Positions 54,481-64,000 of a stretch of 64,000 bases of DNA are shown piece after piece. Below the pieces are notes generated by a model, which was given only the letters and a program-made list of their open reading frames with translations, searched no databases and was not told the origin of the DNA. Origin of the DNA: Octopus vulgaris (lineage: Eukaryota). The DNA is taken from NCBI GenBank assembly GCA_951406725.2, contig OX597814.1, forward strand, positions 189,348,001 to 189,412,000, read 5' to 3'. Position 1 is the first letter of the stretch, and every line of letters starts with the position of its first letter. Position numbers and translations under genes: made by a program.

Positions 54481-54982
54481 CATGCACATAGATATATACA
54501 TGCACAGACATACATACTTGCATACATACATACATACATACATACATACATACATACATACATACATACATACATACATACATACATACATACATACATA
54601 CATACATACATACACGTATATATGGGACTAGTTCTTCTGTCCCAGTGAGAGATCGTGAATTCATAAAAAAAAACGAAAAAATTTAATGCTAATTTTCATT
54701 CTGATGAACTAAGTTTTTTCGTTAGCTTCTAGAATCGTTTTTAGCTAAACTTTTTCAGAAACCCTAACAATTTTCTGTAATTACCTGTCTACCATTAAAA
54801 AAATAACAATATTTAGCCTCTAATTATACTGAACATTTGAAGTTTTGATCACGGTAATGGAAGCAGCAGAGTTAATTTATTATATTGGTGTGTTGCAAAA
54901 TTCCTATCTTCATCATTACTAATTTCCTGACACATACACATACACGCATGCCAGAGGGTATCCATCCATCTAATAATGTATG

Positions 54983-55115
54983 GTGACTGTGTAGTAAGAA
55001 GCTTACTTCCCCATCGCATGGTTCTGAGTTCAGTTCCACTTCGTAACAGCAAGTGCTCAGGCCGACCAACGCCTTGTGAGCGGATTTGGTAGACGGATAC
55101 TGAAAGAAGCCCGTC

Positions 55116-55173
<58 letters not shown>

Positions 55174-55477
55174 ATATATATCTATGTATGTATATATGTA
55201 TCTATGTATGTATATATGTATGTATGTATGTATGTATGCATCTATGTATGTATATATGTATGTATGTATGTGTATGTGTTTGTGTCTGTGTTTGTCCCCC
55301 CAACATCGCTTGACAACCGATGCTGGTGTGTTTACGTCCCCGTAAATTATCGGTTCGGCAAGAGAGACCGATAGAATAAGTACTAGACTTACAAAGAATA
55401 AGTCCTGGGGTTGATTTGCTCGACTAAAGGCGGTGCTCCAGCATGGCTGCAGTCAAATGACTGAAACAAGTAAAAGT
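54983..55477 (+). mobile_element. SINE group D with expanded internal microsatellite
   Basis: Head, GAAAGAAGCCCGTCG(TA)n(TATG)n and tail. Confidence 0.9.
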
Positions 55478-55808
55478 GTAAGCAAATATATATATATATA
55501 TATATGCGTGTGTGTATTTGTGTGTGAGTGTGTGTGTGTGTATGCATATATATGTATATATATATATGTGCATATATATTTATGCATATATGTATATATA
55601 GACAAATATGTATATATATGTAGATGTGTATATATATGAAGATGTATGTATATATATATATTTGTATGTATATATAAATACACATATTTATATAAAATCT
55701 GGTCGTATACATACGTGCATATATATGTATGTATAGACGTTCGTATATGTAAGTATATCGTATGTTGTATATATATATATATATTGCATTTATGTGCTAT
55801 CTGAGTAT

Positions 55809-55866
55809 ATTCCACCGATGAGGCAAAGCATTTCTTATGCAGAATCAGAAATCTGGGATCTGGAAT
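55809..55866 (+). ncRNA. Type-I hammerhead-like motif (variant)
   Basis: ATTCCA/TGGAAT stem I, CCGATGA core, interrupted stem II with GCAT-TTCTT-ATGC, GAAA, ATC-TGG-GAT stem III, ATC triplet. AATAAA just downstream. Confidence 0.5.
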
Positions 55867-56471
55867 TATCCAATAAAATTTTTTTGCTAGTTTCTTTTGT
55901 CTCTCTGTCTTCTCTCCTAGTGCTATATGAACATTTAACGTGGCTTTAGAGTCAGGTTTTGACTGCTATTTCAGTGTGTTGGTATATCTCAGATTCCCTA
56001 ATTTATAATTATAAATACATATATTTATAATTACATAACATTCGTTCATTCACACAAAAATATACGCGAATATATATGATCGTGTATGCCTGAGCGTGTA
56101 TATGTAAGTACCTTGTGTGTGAGTGTGCATGGATGGATGCTTTTATGCAGAGAATGCGCATGCACGTTTGTGCGTGTCTACATAAAACTGCAAATGCAGC
56201 ACATTTGCTCCCACAACGACGACGGCGAAGTCGATGGCCATATTTTTTGCGCGAGCGTGTTATGGTGATTAAGACTACAGATGACTATCATCACCATCAC
56301 GAGGAATTCTGATATACTTTACAAAGGCATCTAATAAAAATCATTATTATAAAAGAATTAATAGGATATGCTTCCCAATTATATCTCCATTAATAAAGTA
56401 AACAATTCTCTCTCTGTCAGTTTAATTTTCCTATAATTTGAAAATGTCATCAGCAAGCTCTAAAACTTCCT

Positions 56472-56504
<33 letters not shown>

Positions 56505-56508
56505 TTAT

Positions 56509-56556
<48 letters not shown>

Positions 56557-56574
56557 AACTACTACAAATGGTAA

Positions 56575-56810
56575 CAGTAATAAAAAATGTTCCTTTCTAC
56601 TAAAGGTACAAAGCTTGAAATTTTTTGGGGGAAGGGGGGTCACTCGATAAGATCGATCCCAATACAAAACTGGTACTTAGTTTATCGACCCCAGAAAGAT
56701 AAAAGGTAAAGTCGACCTCGGCGGAATTTGAACTCAGAACGTAGCGACGGGCGAAATACCATTAAGCATTTCGGTTAGCTTGCTAACGATTCTGCCAGCT
56801 CCCCACCTTA
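56575..56810 (-). mobile_element. SINE group C, short tail
   Basis: Reverse-complement head, core and short tail. Confidence 0.85.
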
Positions 56811-56843
56811 ATAATAATAATAATAATAACAATAATAATAATA

Positions 56844-56884
<41 letters not shown>

Positions 56885-56888
<4 letters not shown>

Positions 56889-57300
56889 CCGCCTTCATGC
56901 AATGCAAGGCAGTAGATCTCATGGTTTAACGGATTGGAAGTGTTATCATGTACATTTTTTGTCTTGGTATGAAAGATGGGCTACAGCAAATATTCTGCTC
57001 AATACCACAGATTTGCTTGTCACTTGTTTGACCATAACCAACTAAGCATGTCCCTTTATGCATGACGATATGTGCATATCTGATCACGAGCAGAAGTAGT
57101 GGGGGAGGATCATAACCACGTGACGGGAGGAATTCTTCAGGATTTGAATAATTCACCTCTGGAAACATGGATATTTCGTTGAACATCCTTCAACAATCTT
57201 ATTCAATGACCTTTTGAGCGGGATGGGTTACTCGACCTGAAGAAAATTGCAAGGTCATGTGCTGTTTATCTTGCTATGAGATTACCATGTCGCGCTATGA
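56885..57300 (+). mobile_element. Retroposon group E, longer 5' portion
   Basis: The 3' ~110 bp match 10093/45335. The 5' extent is inferred. Confidence 0.55.
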
Positions 57301-58849
57301 GATTACCAAGGTGCCACTGAACCCGGAACCATGTGGTTGGTAAGCAAGATACTTACCACACAACCACTCCTGTTGACTTTGTACCAAAATTTGAAATCAT
57401 TATTATTATCATAATTCTTTCTAATTTTGTGCCAAGGCAAGCAAATTTTTAGGGAGGAGGCAGGTTGATTTTATAATTCGAAGGAATAGATAGTTGTTCA
57501 CGCAATTCTACACATCTCCAGCACCACCACTGCCATCATCACCACTACCATTTCCACCATCACCAACGCCACCATTACTACTAATACTAATACATCGACT
57601 TCTAGTTACCAACGTAAGAGCATCTATTCGACCGATTGACCTGCTGGAAATACCAACCAAATTTCTATCAAATTCCACCTTGCTGACTGAAAAAGAAACT
57701 AGAATGGAATATATTATAAAATGTATGCCCGCTGTCTTGTAAGACTGAATTATCAGTATCAGATGCCTTTGATCACTGATCTACTTCATCAGTATTTAGA
57801 TGTGTGTCTAAATACAGATAAATGCCACATGAACTAGTTGGTGAAGGATCCCTTACGTGAGCGTTAAATTAGCAAGAATGTGCAGCTAATTCTCTCTGCA
57901 TGGTCTGACTATCATGTCTGATGCATAGCACATATTTCTCTGGTGTTCATGCATTATTTATGATACACATTCCCAGTTTAGTTTTTCAACCAGCAAAGCA
58001 TCTAGAGGCTTATGAAAGTAAAGCTTTTTTATTACTGAGAACGTATGTAACGAGTTAGCTAAAATGTCTGAAAACAAGCACGGACTTTAAGGAGAAATTT
58101 ATGAGAAGGCTTTGAATAGGCGAAGAGTTAAGAAAGCAATGTGGATAAGATAATCGTAATTTATTCACTATACCTGGAACGAAAACTAGAATAGTAATGA
58201 AGATATGAAAATATGAATGCTTTTGATCATATGTGCACTTGGATCATAAGTGACCTCGGGCTCAACAGCAACAGCATCAAGATCAAAATTGCAACTGCGA
58301 CAACAAAAACAGCAACAACAACAACAACAATGTTGAAATTGAATGAAGTAAATAGAAAAATAATAACTATTACAACGACGACAATGATGCTAAGAAGGAT
58401 GGCATCTATAGTTATGTTATTGTTGTTGTTAATAATGATGGTGATGATAATGATGATGATGATTTTCATGATGACGATCATGGTGGTGCTGATGTTGATG
58501 ATGTTGGTGGTAGTGGTAGTGGGGGCGGTGGTGGTGTCTCAGAAGAAAGGGAATGACAATACATAATATGGTTACAAAACGTCATTTGTACATTCTGTAT
58601 TATTTGGTAATAATTATACTTCGGGGCATATTGCATGATTCTTCTTAGATGAGGAAAATTAGATTGTTGAAAAAAAAACAAAACCTCTCTCTTTCTCACT
58701 CACTCTCTGTCACTATCTCTTTCTCTCTCTCTCTCTACCTATCTCTCTTATTGTCTCTTTCTGTAATCATCTATCCATCTCTCTCTCTGTCATCTCTATG
58801 TATATATGAGTGAGTATACATACACACACACATATCCATATATATATAT

Positions 58850-58903
<54 letters not shown>

Positions 58904-59121
58904 TTCTATCTACCCATCTATCTTTATTTGTAGTTGCCTATCTTTCACAGTATTTCTCTTTTCAATTGTAACTCCCTATATTTCACAAGAAAATTTCTCT
59001 ATCCTGCTGCACATGAAAGACATTTTGAAATATTAGTATACTCCTTGAAGATCCTAGTTATCCATCTATCTACCTAATTACCAGTTCTAAGTTCTATCCA
59101 TTTTTCTCTGTATGTTAGATG

Positions 59122-59205
<84 letters not shown>

Positions 59206-59950
59206 CATATATATCTATGTATGTATAAGTATATATGTATACATGTATATGTATGTATGTATGTATGTATATAATTTCCTCTTCTTTCTCATTTTCAGTT
59301 CCTTATCTTATCTCATACTTCTCACTTGCACTCTAACTCGTTGTCTCTGCCCTGCTTCTCTTATCTCACTCTTTCCAGACCTCTCATCTACCCTCTTCCC
59401 CCCTCTCTCTCTTTCTCTCTCTCTCTCTTTGTTTCTCTTTCGCTCACTCCGTCCTACTTTTTTCCTTTGTTTTTTTTTTTTGTTTTTTTTTCATTTTGTA
59501 TGAAAATTCTAATATTTCTAAAATGATATACAATATTTTTTCATCTTATTACATTTATTAGCATTTTTTCGTTTTTTTTTTTTTTTATTATAATCTTTCC
59601 ATTTTGAATTCTTCTGAGAAATATTCCCCCAAGTCAGCATTATCGAAGGATTTTCTGTATTTATTTGCTATTTTCCTGCCAGCACCATTATTAATAATCT
59701 CCTACAACCCTTCCTCCGCATCTTCCTTCTTCGACATCCTCTTCATCAATATTATTTAAGAATATACAAATACATACACACACGCATAAACACACGCATA
59801 AAAGACGCAAATACAATTACACACACACACACACACACACGCATATATATATAAACACACACACACACTATATTATATCATATATATGCAAAAAAGAATA
59901 TACACAGAGACATACATACATATATGCATCTCTCTCTCTATATATATATA

Positions 59951-60057
<107 letters not shown>

Positions 60058-60158
60058 CGCACTCATGTATACACTGTAAAATATTAATTAATAAGAAATT
60101 TTATGGTTTCTTGTAGTCTTTTGAGTTTAATTCTATTCCCATTTTACTCCGAATACAT

Positions 60159-60194
<36 letters not shown>

Positions 60195-60205
60195 GCATGT
60201 GTATA

Positions 60206-60243
<38 letters not shown>

Positions 60244-60247
60244 TGTG

Positions 60248-60278
<31 letters not shown>

Positions 60279-60393
60279 TTATATGTGTGTATATGCCTCT
60301 GTGTGCGTATAGGTTTGTATGCGTCGTCTAAGCAATTTGCAGTAGTAGTAGTAGTAGTAGCAGCAGCAGCAGTAGTAGTAGTAGTAGTAGTAA

Positions 60394-60435
<42 letters not shown>

Positions 60436-60789
60436 CTTGTGTCGCGCGCGTTTGCTGCTGCTGCCGTTTGTTCTGGTTGTTATTGAAGATGTAAAAATGC
60501 CATTCTAAAAAAAATGTTTATTATGACCCCCGGAGAACAACAATACGAGTAAAATACGACTAAAAGTTGGTACGAAATGCATTTGATCTAAATAAGAATA
60601 TAAACTAATAAATGAGATAAACTAATAAATTAATAAAATAAATAAATAAATGTATAAAATAAATATATAAAATATAACGGTGTAGTTCGTTATCATTTTG
60701 ACAGCCTGTTATCTCATTTTGTCTGAGTAGGGTCTATGCTTAAGTTCTCCATATATGGATATGGGTGTATATGCACACATACACACACA

Positions 60790-60974
60790 TATATATATAT
60801 ATTTATATATGTACATGTATATATATGTATATACATATATATATAATGTTTGTATATATATATATATACATAAATATATATATATAATACATATATATAT
60901 ATAATGTTTGTATATATATTTATATATATAAATATATATATATAATACATATATATATATAATGTTTGTATATA

Positions 60975-61042
<68 letters not shown>

Positions 61043-61057
61043 GTTTGTATATATATT

Positions 61058-61099
<42 letters not shown>

Positions 61100-61458
61100 G
61101 TTTGTATATATATTTATATATATAAATATATATATATATACATATATATATAATGTTTGTATATATATTTATATATATAAATATATATATATACATATAT
61201 ATATATAATGTTTGTATATATATTTATATATATAAATATATATATATACATATATATATATAATGTTTGTATATATATTTATATATATAAATATATATAT
61301 ATATACATATATATATAATGTTTGTATATATATATATATATATATATAATGTCTGCATATATATATATATATATATATATGTTTGTATATATATATATAT
61401 ATAATGTTTGTATATACATATAATGTTTGTATATATATATATATATATATATAATGTT

Positions 61459-61494
<36 letters not shown>

Positions 61495-61495
61495 A
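60790..61495. repeat. AT-rich minisatellite
   Basis: Unit TATAATGTTTGTATATATATTTATATATATAAA(TA)n recurs about a dozen times with variable length. Confidence 0.9.
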
Positions 61496-62118
61496 TCATA
61501 AAGGTACATGTGTGTGTGTGTAGTAATAAGTATGCAGGAGGGACAGTCGAGTGATCGTGGTAAAACTTGATTTGTTACTCTGTTGCATTCTAGCTTAAAC
61601 ACTCCTTGTATAGAAAACACAGATGACTTTTCTTTACGGACATAAAAAGTGCGTAAGCATATATATATATATATGCATATATATATATTGATACATATGT
61701 GTGTGTGTGTGTGTGTGTGTTTGTGCGTGCGTATGTGTATATAAGTGTGCGTGTTTGTGTAATTAATTGGTTAGGAAGGTCATTTTGCTGGAACGACTGG
61801 AATATCCATCTTTGAAATAAGCCAATGATCCATTTTCCGTGCTAGAGTAAGTGTCTATGTACGTTTGTATTTGCGTGTGCGTGTATTTTGTGTGAGCGAA
61901 CGTAGATATGTATATGTATATATAAGCATATTTGTGAACGTGTGTGTTTATGTTAGTCTGTATGGGTCCTCCATAGTTATACATACACTTTGATCTGTCT
62001 GTGAAATTGAATTTGGGCCAGTTATACTTTAAGGTGTACAACTGGTTGTGCTCGTCGTTTGAGCATCCATGTGTGTATGTTTTCGTGCTTTTGTGTTCGA
62101 GTTCATACGCGTATGAGA

Positions 62119-62152
<34 letters not shown>

Positions 62153-62669
62153 ATCTTTTGTGTGCTTGTGTTAACTGGAACCAAAAAAATTCTGATTTCT
62201 CAGACAAAAAAAAAAGAACTAAAAAAAATCCAGCTTGTCGTTATCAATAATATGATAATCATTACAAACACCATTACTACCATCAAAACCATCCTACCAC
62301 CACCTCCACCATCATCATCATAAACATCGTCATCATCATCATCATCGTGGCCCTCTGCAATAACGACAGCAGCCTTGAAAGCTGCAATGGCCATAACTGC
62401 TACAACAGCAACCATCTGAACTATGGCCTCCCACGTCCAAAAACCAACTTTGCACCTCTGTTATCATTACGCCCCGATTTATTCATCATCATCGTTATCA
62501 TCCTCATCATCTTCGTGGTCGTCGTTGTCATCGTCGTCATCCTCGACGTCATCATTATCATCATTATTGTCGTCGCTGGCGTCATCTTTATCGTTCTCAT
62601 CGTCGTCATCATCATCATCATCATCAATGCGACTAACATATTAGATCGAATGATAATCGCCATACTTTC

Positions 62670-62814
62670 GTGGGTCGACTTTGCCTTTCATCCTTTCGGG
62701 GTCGATTAAATAAGTACCAGTTACGCACTGAGGTCGATGTAATCGACTTAATCCGTTTGTCTGTCCTTGTTTGTCCCCTCTGTGTTTAGCCCCTTGTGGG
62801 TAGTAAAGAAATAG
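62670..62814 (+). mobile_element. SINE group C, 5'-truncated, long tail
   Basis: GGTCGACTTTGCCTTTCATCC...GTAAAGAAATA. Confidence 0.88.
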
Positions 62815-62878
62815 GTATTTATTTTAGCGTTTCTAAAGGAAAGGTCTCTATTCATACAGTTATTAATTAGGGTAAATA

Positions 62879-63530
62879 AGGCGGCGAGCAGGCAGAATCG
62901 CTAGCACGCCGGACAAAATGCTTAGCAGCGTTTCGTCTGTGTTTACGTTCTGTGTTCAAATTCCGCCGGAGTGTATTTTACCTTTCATCCTTTCGGGGTC
63001 GATAAGTAGCAATTGAGCACTGGGGCCAATTTAATCGACTTACCCCCCTCCTGGGTAGTGGGTAGCGATTTTCTTCGTTTAAGGGAGTGACGACCCTGCC
63101 TGACACGAGTCCCGGGTTCAGCTGTCTCCGGCTGACAGTACCCGGTATTGGAACGTATCCAGGGTTACAGAAAGGAGACAACATTCAAATAAATCTGGAG
63201 TGGAGCTCCGTAGGTGGGTTAGTGTTCGACTCGACACTCTTCCGGCAGCTCCTACAACGAAGCTGGTGCCAAATGTAATGCTCTGCACTCCTTTGGACTA
63301 CATCAGCAAGATCGAGAGGAATCCTGACGACTGGGCTACCCAGGATTTTCTAACATCTAGCCCAGGCCTGCGCAAATCTGGAGAGGAAACTGGAGAGGAC
63401 ATGGAATGTAAAAACCAGACTGGATTAGTTTATGTGCAACTCCATTGTCATCCCGAGACAAAAGGATGCCAACAATTACAACAACTTCCCCTCCCGAAAT
63501 TGCTGGCCTTGTACCAAAATTTGAAACCAG
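62879..63530 (+). mobile_element. SINE group C (short tail) interrupted by an RTE-derived insert
   Basis: Head and core at 62879-63051. The tail resumes at 63484-63530. Confidence 0.85.
63052..63483 (+). mobile_element. Non-autonomous bipartite RTE-derived element (5'UTR-like part plus 3' end)
   Basis: AATCTGGAGTGGAGC..TTCCGGCAGCTCCT..AAGCTGGTGCCAAA resembles RTE/BovB-type 5' regions. Ends CTCCATTGTCATCCCGAGACAAAAGGATGC(CAA)n. Imperfect TSD ACTT(A)CCCC(CC)TCC. Confidence 0.65.
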
Positions 63531-63607
63531 TTGCGTTAAATGTGACTACGAGCAAAATACTTAGTACGTCAGCTAAATATTGTAAAATTCCGGGTTCTTT
63601 TCCTGAG

Positions 63608-63642
<35 letters not shown>

Positions 63643-63645
<3 letters not shown>

Positions 63646-63773
63646 GGTGTCCCAAAAAAATGTATACACACCTTAAATAATTGTAAATTTGTTATTCTTT
63701 GTAAGCCTAGTACTTATTCTATCGTTCTCTTTTGCCGAACCACTATGTGTATAGATTTTTTTGGGACACCCTG
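63643..63773. mobile_element. 131-bp Tc1/mariner MITE in (TA)n
   Basis: TIRs CAGGGTGTCCCAAAAAAATGTATACACA and TGTGTATAGATTTTTTTGGGACACCCTG, with TA flanks. Confidence 0.88.
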
Positions 63774-63794
63774 TATATATATATATATGTGTGT

Positions 63795-64000
63795 TCTTTT
63801 ATTCATTTACTTGCTTCAGTCATTTGACTGCGGCCATGCTGGTGCACCGTCTTTAGTCAAACAAATTGACCCCAGGACTTATTCATTGTAAGCCTAGTAC
63901 TTATTTTATCTGTCTCTTTTGCCGAACCGCTAAGTTACAGAAACGTAAACACACCAACATCGATTGTCAAGCGATGGTTGGGGGTCAAACACAGGCAGAC
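63795..64000 (-). mobile_element. SINE group D, 3' half (runs off the window)
   Basis: TTCAGTCATTTGACTGCGGCCATGCTGG...GCCGAACCGCTAAGTTAC. Confidence 0.88.

Noticed and set aside
63200-63676. 158-aa ORF
   Set aside because: It runs through an RTE-derived insert, a SINE tail, (TA)n and a MITE TIR, so it is a chance read-through.

Overview
Eukaryotic, very AT-rich, repeat-saturated DNA. The SINE families and dense (TA)n/(CA)n/(TAGA)n/(TAC)n microsatellites suggest an octopus genome (recognised by eye, not database-checked). There is no intact protein-coding gene, and nearly all ORF-track entries are translated microsatellites or SINE pieces. One convincing 58-nt exon on the minus strand (44518-44575) suggests the window is mostly giant introns. 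Transposon content: four tRNA-derived SINE groups (my labels A, B, C, D), CR1 and RTE LINE fragments, a bipartite RTE-derived element, a decayed full-length Tc1, mariner/Tc1 MITEs and three non-autonomous Helitrons. Patterns not explained by standard annotation: (1) about eight minimal type-I hammerhead-ribozyme-like motifs in unrelated short fragments that look like Penelope-like terminal-repeat remnants, with covarying core positions and, in three cases, an A15.1-C16.1 mismatch that A-to-I editing could in principle repair; (2) several fold-back palindromes next to (TA)n, one a perfect 102-bp-arm palindrome centred on a hammerhead core; (3) SINE-C tandem arrays that always break at the same SINE 3' end, with locus-specific mutations shared between units; (4) head/tail module swapping among SINE families. 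All coordinates were read by hand and may be off by a few bases.
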